A stretch of 64,000 nt of DNA from Roseibacillus sp. GTDB taxonomy: Bacteria > Verrucomicrobiota > Verrucomicrobiia > Verrucomicrobiales > Akkermansiaceae. Below are positions 10,210 to 19,390 of the stretch, piece by piece. The number at the start of each line of letters is the position of its first letter. Within the stretch, counting starts at the first letter, position 1. The notes beneath the pieces were generated by a model that saw only the letters and a list, made by a program, of their open reading frames with translations, ran no database searches and was not told the origin of the DNA. The stretch is taken from the NCBI GenBank assembly GCA_051251855.1, contig JBPOGI010000001.1, positions 544,001 through 608,000 on the forward strand, written 5' to 3'. A program made the position numbers and the translations under genes.

Positions 10210-10902
10210 ATGATAACTTTGAAGCTTCTATGGTCGATCGGATTGCTCTCCGTGCTCTTCTTCTCGGTGGACTCGGCACAAGGAGAACGGGTGGCGCGCA
10301 TCCTCTATTATGGTGCGCCGAAGGACGCTCCCGAGACGGCCTTCGTTCATCAGAAGGGCTCGAAAGTGCAGGAGGTGCCTCTCCCTCGAAACAATTTTTC
10401 GGAGTCCTTCGAGCTGGGCGCGGGTGCACTCCGGCTAGCCTTTTTTCCGTCTGAATCACTCGAAGAGATCGAGAATCCGGAAGCGGCTCCCTTCTTGGAT
10501 ATCCCCGAAGGTTGGGGGAAAGTGCTTATTCTTGTTTTTGAAGATCCGGATAACACGTTGCTACCAATCCGCTTGAAAGCCATCAATGCCAACGACAACC
10601 AGTTTGGCCCTGGGGACTTGTATTTCGTCAATTTTTCTAAGCGGACGATATTTGGGATGGTGGGGGACGAGAAGATGAATCTAAAACCAGAGGGGACGAC
10701 TATTGTATCCAGTCCTCGCAAAGCGAGAGGGGATTACAACGTGCAGTTGGACTCAGTGAAGGGAGAGGAAAAAGGCTCCCGGCGCTGGTTGCTGAGGCAA
10801 ACTTGGCGCCATCAACCAAGTGTGAGGAGAGTAGTTTTTGCAATACCTCTGCCTGCTCCTCGTAACATTAAACTCTATTCGGCACCCATTCGGAATTTCT
10901 GA
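10210..10902 (+). CDS. Exported hypothetical protein, partner of the upstream PilX-like protein
   Basis: 230 aa with a signal peptide and a beta-rich sequence; 17 bp downstream of the PilX-like gene and 25 bp upstream of the next gene. Confidence 0.7.
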   Translation: MITLKLLWSIGLLSVLFFSVDSAQGERVARILYYGAPKDAPETAFVHQKGSKVQEVPLPRNNFSESFELGAGALRLAFFPSESLEEIENPEAAPFLDIPEGWGKVLILVFEDPDNTLLPIRLKAINANDNQFGPGDLYFVNFSKRTIFGMVGDEKMNLKPEGTTIVSSPRKARGDYNVQLDSVKGEEKGSRRWLLRQTWRHQPSVRRVVFAIPLPAPRNIKLYSAPIRNF

Positions 10903-10927
10903 GCGAAGTGCCTCCCAATTTACCGAT

Positions 10928-11932
10928 ATGAAGAAGTCAAAAATTCTGCTGTTCACCCTATTCTTGATGCCCTGTTTCCTCTTTGCGGAGCAGGAAGCGC
11001 CTGTTTTGGATCCACCTGTAAAAAGGGAGAGAGGCAAAAAGGTGCAGTCTTACCTCAAGACAACAGGGGAGCAGAAGAGGGACCTTGTGTATAAAAAGAT
11101 TGGGCGACGTGAGTTGCAGCTGGACCTTTATTATCCTACCGCGAAACGTGAAGAGTCGTCGCCGGTCATTATCTATACTCACGGAGGAGGTTGGGCAGCG
11201 GGAAGTCGGGCCGGAGTGACGAAGGGTTTGTTTTCCAAGGTTTTCAGGGAACTTCTAGGAGAGGGCTTCTGCGTGGCCTCTGTTGATTATCGTCTTTACA
11301 ATAAAGGGGGGACGGTGGCGATGCGTGACTGTGTGATCGACTCCAAGGATGCGGTGCGCTACCTCGCTAAGAATGCGGAGTCGCTGGGTCTTGACTCGGA
11401 ACGCTTCTACGTGATGGGCGATTCGGCAGGGGGGCAAATTGCTCAAATGCTTTTACTGACTCCGCCAGAAAGTTTGACAGGAGACTTGGAACTTGCGGAT
11501 GCTCAATATCAAATTTTAGGTGGAGTGTCTTGGTATGGACCCTGTGACTTTGAGGATCAGAGTTTGTTTAATCACGATGATCGCCCGGATTTTAAGGACC
11601 GTTTTGGTCCAAGGATTGTGGTGTCAGAAGTGACTCCTGAAGAGAGATTGAAGCTCTATCGCGAGATGAGTCCTATCAATTTCCTGAAGAAGGACAGCCC
11701 TCCCTTACTCATGATTCAAGGGGATAGCGACACCACCATTCCGGTGAAGCACGCGCACTACATGAAGAAAAGGGCTCTAGAGCTGAAGGCACCCGTGGAG
11801 GTTCTCATCGTTAAAAATTCAGGCCACAATTGGCGGAAGGTGGGGGCGGAGATTGAACCGTCGAGGGAGGATATTCTTGCGGAGACTGTTCGATTCTTTG
11901 TGGGGCATGAGAAGAGTTCGTCGAAAGATTGA
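10928..11932 (+). CDS. Alpha/beta hydrolase (HSL/BD-FAE-like carbohydrate esterase)
   Basis: HGGGW oxyanion motif, VDYRL, GDSAGG nucleophile elbow, QGDSDTTIP and a C-terminal GH; signal peptide from ATG 10928. Confidence 0.88.
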   Translation: MKKSKILLFTLFLMPCFLFAEQEAPVLDPPVKRERGKKVQSYLKTTGEQKRDLVYKKIGRRELQLDLYYPTAKREESSPVIIYTHGGGWAAGSRAGVTKGLFSKVFRELLGEGFCVASVDYRLYNKGGTVAMRDCVIDSKDAVRYLAKNAESLGLDSERFYVMGDSAGGQIAQMLLLTPPESLTGDLELADAQYQILGGVSWYGPCDFEDQSLFNHDDRPDFKDRFGPRIVVSEVTPEERLKLYREMSPINFLKKDSPPLLMIQGDSDTTIPVKHAHYMKKRALELKAPVEVLIVKNSGHNWRKVGAEIEPSREDILAETVRFFVGHEKSSSKD

Positions 11933-11967
11933 GCCTTCTTTCCCAGTTGAGATTGGGACACTTCCTC

Positions 11968-13731
11968 ATGAATTTTTATCGTAAATCTTTAAGGCTGTTT
12001 TTTACTCTGGGCCTTCTGTTTATCATGGGCTCAACGGCACAGTCCAAGGAGCAACCCAACGTGATTTTGATCATGACGGATGATCAGGGCTACGGTGATG
12101 TGGGGATCCATGGGAATCCGATTTTGAAGACCCCTGAGCTGGACAAGCTACACGGGGAGTCGGTTCGCTTTACGGACTTCCACGTCAGCCCCTTTTGCAC
12201 GCCGACGAGAGCAGCCTTGATGACGGGGCGTTATCCGGCTCGAACGGGGGCCTATCGGACGAGTTCGGGGCGCACTATGATGCATACCGATGAGCGTACG
12301 ATTGCGAATGTTTTTGCGGATAATGGATATCTTACTGGGATGTTCGGAAAGTGGCACTTAGGAGACAACGCTCCGCACCGGCCTCAGGATCGAGGATTTC
12401 AAGATGTGGTTTGGCATCGCTGTGGCGGGATTGGGCAGTCTTCTGATTACTGGGGGAATGATTACTTTGATGATACCTATGAGCGGGTGCGCCCGGGGAG
12501 TCAGGAAGGCTCTTTCGAAAAGTTTGAGGGTTACTGCACGGATGTCTTTTTTAGGGAAGCGATTCGTTTCGTGGAGGAGAGTAAGGATAAGCCCTTTTTC
12601 CTCTATCTACCACTGAACGCGCCGCATGGTCCTTACTTTGTGGCACCGGAGTGGTCTGAGCCGTATAAGAAGACGTCAGAAGGGAAGCCCTTTGCGAACT
12701 TCTTCGGGATGATTGCCAACTTTGATCATAACGTGGGTTTGCTGCGCCAGCGATTGGAGGCGTTGGAATTGGCTGAGGATACCATCTTGATTTTTATGAC
12801 CGATAACGGCACGTCCGCTGGAGCCAAGTTCAAGGGCTTGGACTCGGAGGCGGTGCTGGGATTCAACGCGGGGATGCGCGGGAAGAAATCTTCTCATTAT
12901 GAAGGCGGGCATCGGGTTCCTTTTTTCATTCATTGGCCAAAGGGGGGCTTGGTGGGGGGCCGTGATGTGCTCTCGATGAGCGCTCATATCGATGTCTTGC
13001 CGACCTTGGCAGAACTTTGTGGTATCGAGGTTCCAGAGTCTCACCAGCCAGATGGAATTTCCTTTAAGGAGGTGTTGGAGAATCCTGAGGCTCCTCCTCA
13101 TCGCGATCATCTCATTGTGCAGTTTCAAGGAGGACCCCATTTCAAGTCGGAGGCTGAGCCTTGGACTTCGAGTTGTGTGATCCAAGAGAACTGGAGGCTG
13201 ATGGATGGAATGGAGCTCTACGATATGAGTTCGGATTTTGCCCAACGCAACGATATTGCTGCGGAGCATCCTGACAAGGTGGCGGCTTTGCGTGAGCTTT
13301 ACTTGCCGTTTTGGGCGTCGGTTTCTCCTCGAATGACGCCGGTTTCAATCGATGTGGGGAATCCCAGCGAGAATCCCACGACTCTTTGTTCGCAGGATTG
13401 GTATATGCCCACTGGGAATCCACCGTGGAATTTTAGAGAGATTCAACGACTTCCGCGAAGAACGGGTCCTTGGCATGTCGATGTGAAGAAGGCGGGTAAG
13501 TATCGCCTCACGTTGAGGCAATTTCCCAAGGAAGCGGGTAGGGAAGTGGTCGCGGTACGGGCACGCGTCGAGATTGCCGGGCTGGAGAAAGAGGTCACGG
13601 TGGAGGCTGGTAGCCAAGGGGTGGTCTTGGAGATGGAGCTGCCGGCTGGGAAGACGCAGTTGGTGACTTACCTGTATGATGAAAAGGGTAAGGCTGGAGG
13701 CGCGTATTTCACAGAGGTGGAGGCACTTTAG
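11968..13731 (+). CDS. Cys-type arylsulfatase with an extra C-terminal beta domain
   Basis: PNVILIMTDDQGYGD, CTPTR motif, GKWHLGDN, MTDNG, YEGGHRVP; ~110 aa C-terminal extension (GKYRLTLRQFP...). Start could also be TTG 11929. Confidence 0.93.
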   Translation: MNFYRKSLRLFFTLGLLFIMGSTAQSKEQPNVILIMTDDQGYGDVGIHGNPILKTPELDKLHGESVRFTDFHVSPFCTPTRAALMTGRYPARTGAYRTSSGRTMMHTDERTIANVFADNGYLTGMFGKWHLGDNAPHRPQDRGFQDVVWHRCGGIGQSSDYWGNDYFDDTYERVRPGSQEGSFEKFEGYCTDVFFREAIRFVEESKDKPFFLYLPLNAPHGPYFVAPEWSEPYKKTSEGKPFANFFGMIANFDHNVGLLRQRLEALELAEDTILIFMTDNGTSAGAKFKGLDSEAVLGFNAGMRGKKSSHYEGGHRVPFFIHWPKGGLVGGRDVLSMSAHIDVLPTLAELCGIEVPESHQPDGISFKEVLENPEAPPHRDHLIVQFQGGPHFKSEAEPWTSSCVIQENWRLMDGMELYDMSSDFAQRNDIAAEHPDKVAALRELYLPFWASVSPRMTPVSIDVGNPSENPTTLCSQDWYMPTGNPPWNFREIQRLPRRTGPWHVDVKKAGKYRLTLRQFPKEAGREVVAVRARVEIAGLEKEVTVEAGSQGVVLEMELPAGKTQLVTYLYDEKGKAGGAYFTEVEAL

Positions 13732-13747
13732 GGAGAGAGATTTTAAG

Positions 13748-15154
13748 ATGATAAATTTGATAACACGATTCAAGACAGGCCGCGTGCTGAGCACAGCCTT
13801 TGGGGCCTTAATTTTGGCCAATGGAGCGACTGCCAAAGACAAGGTGAAAGAGAAGGAAACTTCGAAGCCGAACTTCGTGATCGTAGTCGCCGACGATATG
13901 GGGTGGGGGGATTCAGGAACTTATGGCAATGAGCTGATTAAGACTCCTAACATGGATCGTATGGCGGCCAAGGGAGTGAAGTTTACGCAATGCTACTCGG
14001 CGTGCGGAGTTTGCTCGCCCTCGCGCTCGGCGATTCTCACCGGACGTACCCCGTATCGGAATGGAGTGTGGCGGCACTTGTCGGGTAATCATGAAGCGCA
14101 TTTGCGGGAGAGTGAGATTACCTATCCAGAGCTTCTCAAAACGAAGGGGTATGAGACCTGTCACGTAGGAAAGTGGCATTTGCTTTCTAAAAATCAGTTC
14201 AACAATCCTGATTACCCTCAGCCGGGGGACCATGGCTACGACTACTGGATGTATACCCAGAACAACGCCATCCCGAGTCACAAGAACCCGAACAATTTCT
14301 TCAGAAATGGAGAGGCGGTTGGGGAGACCGAGGGATATTCTGCGCAATTGGTCGCAGCTGAGGCTGGGCATTGGTTGAAAGAGGTGCGTGATTCCAGTAA
14401 GCCTTTTGCACTTTCGATTTGGTTTCATGAACCACACTCACCCATTGCCACGGATTCTAAATTTCAAGGTCTCTACAAAGGGCACAAGAATGCAAAGTAT
14501 ATGGGAAATATCACCCAGTTAGACAATGCGTTGGGGATGGTGCTGGATGCCTTGGAAGAGCAGGGAGTGAGTGATAACACGCTCGTTTTTTTCACATCTG
14601 ACAACGGGCCTGTTCCAAGCTTTGGCGGCTCTGCGGGAGGTCTACGTGGTAACAAACGTAGCGAGTACGAGGGTGGTATTCGAGTGCCTGGTCTTGCGTG
14701 CTGGCCTGGTAAGATTGAGCCCGGAAGCGTGAGCGAGGTTCCTGTGGTTGGAACGGACGTGTTCAGCACAGTACTAGACATCGTAGGCGTGCCGCTTCCT
14801 GAGGATCGCACCATCGATGGCGCGAGTATGATTCCTGCCTTCACAGGGAAGCCGATTGAGAGGAAGGTTCCTCTCTTCTGGCGGACACATGTTTCAGGAC
14901 CAGAGGACCGGGTGGCGATGCGTATTGGTGACTGGAAGATTGTGGCTGACGAGACTTTGACCAAGTTCCAACTGTTTGAAGTTCAAAAGGACTGGAAGGA
15001 AGAGACCGACCTAGCCGCTGAAAACCCTGAGAAGACAGAAGAGATGAAGGTGAAGCTCCTGAAGCTCTGGGAAGAAATCAAAGAAGAAGGTCCCAACGAG
15101 TGGTGGGAGTCATCAACGCAAAAGCCCAAGAAGGGTGGAAAGATGAGCTACTAA
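13748..15154 (+). CDS. Cys-type sulfatase
   Basis: PNFVIVVADDMGWGD, CSPSR motif, GKWHL, TSDNG, YEGGIRVP. Confidence 0.93.
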   Translation: MINLITRFKTGRVLSTAFGALILANGATAKDKVKEKETSKPNFVIVVADDMGWGDSGTYGNELIKTPNMDRMAAKGVKFTQCYSACGVCSPSRSAILTGRTPYRNGVWRHLSGNHEAHLRESEITYPELLKTKGYETCHVGKWHLLSKNQFNNPDYPQPGDHGYDYWMYTQNNAIPSHKNPNNFFRNGEAVGETEGYSAQLVAAEAGHWLKEVRDSSKPFALSIWFHEPHSPIATDSKFQGLYKGHKNAKYMGNITQLDNALGMVLDALEEQGVSDNTLVFFTSDNGPVPSFGGSAGGLRGNKRSEYEGGIRVPGLACWPGKIEPGSVSEVPVVGTDVFSTVLDIVGVPLPEDRTIDGASMIPAFTGKPIERKVPLFWRTHVSGPEDRVAMRIGDWKIVADETLTKFQLFEVQKDWKEETDLAAENPEKTEEMKVKLLKLWEEIKEEGPNEWWESSTQKPKKGGKMSY

Positions 15155-16566
15155 TGATGAAGGCTTCAGCGCTTTCGAAAATTGTAATAGCGCTGGGGCT
15201 TTGTTTGTTTGCGAAGGCGGGTGCGGAACCCGAGAAGCCTAATGTCGTTCTTATTATGGCGGATGACGTCAGCTGGGAGGCTTTTGGTTGTTATGGGGCG
15301 GTGGATTATGAAACGCCTAATCTCGATCGTTTGGCGGCGGAGGGGGTGCGATTTGAGCACTGTTATTCCACCCCGATTTGCACCACTTCGCGGGTGATGC
15401 TCATGACTGGAGAAGAGAACTTTCGGAACTATACTCATTTCGGTTACCTCGATCCTGAGGAGAAGACGATTGGTCACCTCATGAAGGAGGCAGGCTACAA
15501 GACCGCGATTGCGGGTAAGTGGCAGTTGAGCGGCCTTTATAACAAAGACGAGTTCGCGGACCATCAAGATGTCACGCGTCCGAATCGGGCGGGTTTCGAT
15601 GAGTATTGCCTTTGGCAGCTGACGAAGGGGAAGGAGCTCGGGGAACGCTTTTGGAGTCCGCCCTTAGAGAAGAATGGGGAATTTCTGACAGCGGAAGAGA
15701 ATCAGGGAAAGTATGGTCCGGATCTCTTTCGTGATTTTATCTGTGATTTCATGGAGCGAAATCGAGAGGAGCCTTTCTTTGTCTACTATCCGATGGTGCT
15801 GGTTCACGATCCTTTTTTACCAACACCTGATAGTATTGGTGAGTCCGGCCTAGGTAAGGGGAGCAAGAAGGGGACAGGGAAACAGAGCGTAGAAGTGAAA
15901 AAGCGCAACTTCGTCGCGATGGTTCGATATATGGACAAAATTGTGGGACAGATTTTTGATAAGATCGATGAACTTGGCGAGCTCGAGAACACTCTCATTC
16001 TTTTTACGGCGGATAATGGTACTGACCGAAGGATCACCTCAAATTGGAATGGGCGTAGCATCCGAGGAGGAAAGGGAGGGATGAAGAATAGCGGAACTCA
16101 TGTGCCTTTGATTGCTTTTTGGAAAGGGCAGTCGGAGCAGGGACTCGAGTGTCAGGACTTGGTTCAGTTTAATGACTTCTACCCTACTCTTGCGGAGCTG
16201 GCAGGGCTCGAGCTTGATGAAGACGATCCCAAGAGTGGGCAGAGCTTTTTGCCTCAGGTTTTGGGGGAGGAGGGGGAGTCCCGTCAGTTTGTGCTTTGCC
16301 ATTACCAGCCTTATTGGGGAGCGAGCGTGAATGCAGGAGCTTTCGTGCGAACGGAGCGCTTCAAGCTCTATGACGATGGTCGCTTCTACGACGTGTCTCA
16401 TGATTTGGAAGAAGAGAAGAATTTCGCAGAGGCTCTTGAAGGGGAGGAGGTCATCGAGGCTTACCAGTATCTTTCGAAGCTCATTGAAAAAATTCCTCCG
16501 GTGCCGAAAGGTAGTAGAAAGAGTCGAAATCGGCCCGTTCATGCTGATTGGCCACTTGTGAAATAA
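15154..16566 (+). CDS. Cys-type sulfatase
   Basis: [19 protein letters not shown] motif, GKWQL, TADNG; TAATG stop/start overlap with the previous gene. Confidence 0.92.
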   Translation: MMKASALSKIVIALGLCLFAKAGAEPEKPNVVLIMADDVSWEAFGCYGAVDYETPNLDRLAAEGVRFEHCYSTPICTTSRVMLMTGEENFRNYTHFGYLDPEEKTIGHLMKEAGYKTAIAGKWQLSGLYNKDEFADHQDVTRPNRAGFDEYCLWQLTKGKELGERFWSPPLEKNGEFLTAEENQGKYGPDLFRDFICDFMERNREEPFFVYYPMVLVHDPFLPTPDSIGESGLGKGSKKGTGKQSVEVKKRNFVAMVRYMDKIVGQIFDKIDELGELENTLILFTADNGTDRRITSNWNGRSIRGGKGGMKNSGTHVPLIAFWKGQSEQGLECQDLVQFNDFYPTLAELAGLELDEDDPKSGQSFLPQVLGEEGESRQFVLCHYQPYWGASVNAGAFVRTERFKLYDDGRFYDVSHDLEEEKNFAEALEGEEVIEAYQYLSKLIEKIPPVPKGSRKSRNRPVHADWPLVK

Positions 16567-16570
16567 CTTT

Positions 16571-18112
16571 ATGAAAATGTATTCAATCCTTCAAAGTCCT
16601 CAGAAAATGGCGGCGCTCGTTGTTGTGGGCTTTATTAGCTTAAGCAGCGCAGGGGCGGCAGAGCGGCCTAATATTATTTATCTGATGGCGGATGATCAGA
16701 ATATCTTGTCGGTGGGTGCATACGGTAATGATGAGGTGCAGACCCCGGAGATGGATAAGCTGGCGGCGGAGGGAGTGACCTTTGACCGGCACTACAATAC
16801 CACTGCGATTTGTATGGCGAGTCGAGGGAACGTTTTCACCGGAATGTATGAATACCGGACGGGCACGAACTTCAATCATGGCGATATGAAGCCTGAGATT
16901 TGGGCGAAGACTTATCCCGTGCTCTTGCGTGAGGCGGGGTATTTTACGGGGTTTGCTGGCAAGTTTGGGATGGATGTCATTGGTTTGGGCGAGGGGAAGA
17001 AGAATGCTGGGCTGCCAGCAGAAGACTTTGATGTTTGGGCTGGTTCTCCTGGGCAGACCTCCTATGCGACCAGGCAGAACGAATCGATGAGGAAGTATGC
17101 GGAGAAGTATCCTCACTCGACTTTGTCCTATGGTGCCTTTGGGCAGGATTTCATTCGTGAGGCGGCGAAGCAGGAGAAGCCCTTTTGCTTGTCGATTAGC
17201 TTTAAGGCTCCTCATCAGCCGACGACGCCAGACCCTCGGTTTGACGATGTCTACAAGGGGAAGACGTTCACTAAACCCGAGAATTATGGTCGCGAAAAGG
17301 GCGAGCACCTCTCGCCGCAAAGTAAGATGGGGCGTCAGTATGAACGCTTTATCTCTTGGAAATACGACAGCGATTACGACCGAGTGATGGCGACCTATTA
17401 CCAACAGGTGTATGGAATTGATGTTGCGGTTGGGATGATTCGTGAGGAGCTGGAGGCGCAGGGGTTGGCTGATAATACGGTCATTATTTATACCAGTGAC
17501 AATGGTTTTATTTGCGGTTCTCACGGATATGGTTCGAAGGTGTTACCGATGGAAGAATCTTCTCGTGCGCCTCTGATGATTGTGGACCCACGCAGTTCTT
17601 CGGCAGGGAAGAAGCTTCGAAGTGGGGTCTTGACTGGCAATGTGGACTTTATGCCAACCATTATGGAGTTGGCAGGTTTGCCTGTTCCGGATGGGCTGGA
17701 TGGAGTGAGCCTTTTGCCTTTGTTAGAGGAGCCAGATAAGGACCTTCGAGAGGAAATGGCGTTCATCAATGTTTATGGGCCCGATCCAACTAAGTCCCTC
17801 ACTGTTTTGACCAAGACGGTGAAGTATACTTATTGGTGGTTTGGAAGTGAGGAGATGGAGCCGGCGGAGGAGCTCTTTGACTTGGCTGAGGATCCTCTTG
17901 AGTTGACGAATCTAGCAGGAAGTGAAGAGGCGGCGGCCAAGCTGGAGGTGATGCGTCAGGAGTATGATAGACAGCTGGCTCTCTGGAAAAAGCATGCCGA
18001 TAAGGAAGGCGCCTACGCAAAGTATGGCACTCTCTTTGACCGCTCCATTCCTTGGCAGGAGAAGACGAAACTTATGAAGCGAAAACGCAAAGCTGAAAAG
18101 GCTTCGCGGTAG
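16571..18112 (+). CDS. Cys-type sulfatase (tentatively S1_25-like)
   Basis: [16 protein letters not shown] motif, [32 protein letters not shown]. Confidence 0.92.
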   Translation: MKMYSILQSPQKMAALVVVGFISLSSAGAAERPNIIYLMADDQNILSVGAYGNDEVQTPEMDKLAAEGVTFDRHYNTTAICMASRGNVFTGMYEYRTGTNFNHGDMKPEIWAKTYPVLLREAGYFTGFAGKFGMDVIGLGEGKKNAGLPAEDFDVWAGSPGQTSYATRQNESMRKYAEKYPHSTLSYGAFGQDFIREAAKQEKPFCLSISFKAPHQPTTPDPRFDDVYKGKTFTKPENYGREKGEHLSPQSKMGRQYERFISWKYDSDYDRVMATYYQQVYGIDVAVGMIREELEAQGLADNTVIIYTSDNGFICGSHGYGSKVLPMEESSRAPLMIVDPRSSSAGKKLRSGVLTGNVDFMPTIMELAGLPVPDGLDGVSLLPLLEEPDKDLREEMAFINVYGPDPTKSLTVLTKTVKYTYWWFGSEEMEPAEELFDLAEDPLELTNLAGSEEAAAKLEVMRQEYDRQLALWKKHADKEGAYAKYGTLFDRSIPWQEKTKLMKRKRKAEKASR

Positions 18113-18272
18113 GATGCAGGCGGGAGTGAGATAGGGGTGACGCTTTCACTATGGACTAGGTGATTGTGGAGGCTGTAGCTGGTTAGTGGCTTCTCACTCT
18201 GTTTTTTCTGTCGCTCTCTTATCGAGCAAGCATTGCTCCTCTCGGTTGCGCTTTGGTTGGGAGGCGTCCACC

Positions 18273-18304
18273 CCAAAGCGGCAGCAAGCTGCGCGCGCTC
18301 GAAA
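18273..18304. repeat. REP-like extragenic palindrome
   Basis: CCAAAGCGGCAGCAAGCTGCGCGCGCTCGAAA between convergent genes, with a degenerate inverted partner at ~18222-18256. Confidence 0.5.
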
Positions 18305-18322
18305 TCGAGCTTTGGGCTTTCT

Positions 18323-19309
18323 CTAGGTCAGTTTGAGACTTGCGAGGTCTTGAGAATCGACGAGCCCAAGGACTCGGTTACTGGTGTCGTCGAGTACGAT
18401 AAGGTCATCGATGTTTCGTTCGCTGACAATGCGGACAGCTTCGGCTGCAAGGGCGTTGGCAGAGATAGAGATGGGGTTGACCGTCATTAAGGCGGAGACG
18501 GATTGATTGCCAATGTCGGGGTTGGATTGAAAGGAGCGCGCGAAGTCTCCGTGGGTGAAGATACCGGCCAGAGATTCGTCGGGATTGAGAATGATGGCTG
18601 CTCCTGACTTGGCCTTTGTCATGGCGGTGAGGGTTTCGAAAACGGTATGGGTAGGAGTGGCGGTGGCGAGGCGCTCACCGGTTCGCATGATTTCGCCAAC
18701 GGTGGTTAGGAGGGCGCGACCGAGCGAGCCGCCGGGATGGAATTGAGCAAAGTCTTCGGCGGTGAATCCGCGGGCGTTCATGAGAGTCATTGCAATAGCA
18801 TCGCCAGCAACCAACATGGTGGTAGAGGAGGAGGTGGGGGCGAGTTCGAGCGGGCAGGCTTCGCGAGGAACTGAGGTGTCGATGGTGTGGTCGGCGTGGG
18901 TCGCGAGCGTGGAGGCTGGCTTTCCGGTGAGGGCGATGAGGGTGGCCGAGCGACGTTTGAGATAGGGGAGAAGATCGAGAAGTTCGCTGGTTTCTCCTGA
19001 GTAGGATAGAGCAATGACGGCGTCGCCTTCCGAGAGGAGGCCTAGGTCGCCATGGAGGGCGTTTTGAGAATGGAGGACGACTGCAGGAGAGCCTGTCGAG
19101 GTGAGGGTAGCCGCGATTTTGTGGGCTATGTTGCCGGACTTTCCAATGCCTACGAGAACGATTTTTTTGCCACTGTTGACGATAGGTAGAAGATCTTCAA
19201 CTGCTGTGACGAAGGTTTCATCAAGTCGGTCTCCGAAATTCTGCAGGGCTTCGCTCTCAAGTCGAATGACTTGGCGGGCGGTGGAAAGGTGGTCGCTCAC
19301 GAGGACCAT
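18323..19309 (-). CDS. kdsD: KpsF/GutQ family arabinose 5-phosphate isomerase (SIS plus two CBS domains)
   Basis: GIGKSGNIAHKIAATLTSTG, HGDLG, SYSGET, EACPLELAPTSS, FHPGGSLG; C-terminal CBS pair. Confidence 0.93.
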   Translation of the reverse strand: MVLVSDHLSTARQVIRLESEALQNFGDRLDETFVTAVEDLLPIVNSGKKIVLVGIGKSGNIAHKIAATLTSTGSPAVVLHSQNALHGDLGLLSEGDAVIALSYSGETSELLDLLPYLKRRSATLIALTGKPASTLATHADHTIDTSVPREACPLELAPTSSSTTMLVAGDAIAMTLMNARGFTAEDFAQFHPGGSLGRALLTTVGEIMRTGERLATATPTHTVFETLTAMTKAKSGAAIILNPDESLAGIFTHGDFARSFQSNPDIGNQSVSALMTVNPISISANALAAEAVRIVSERNIDDLIVLDDTSNRVLGLVDSQDLASLKLT

Positions 19310-19390
19310 TCAAGCGGGTAGAAGGGCGAAGCGCAAAGGTCCTTTCGGTCTTATCGAGCAGTGGGGGAGGAGTTGGTGCTCCGCGCGTCT

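Noticed and set aside
16640..17524. Long antisense ORFs (also 38967-39818, 44874-45716, 55606-56391, 63154-63918)
   Set aside because: All lie opposite well-supported genes and lack any family signature.
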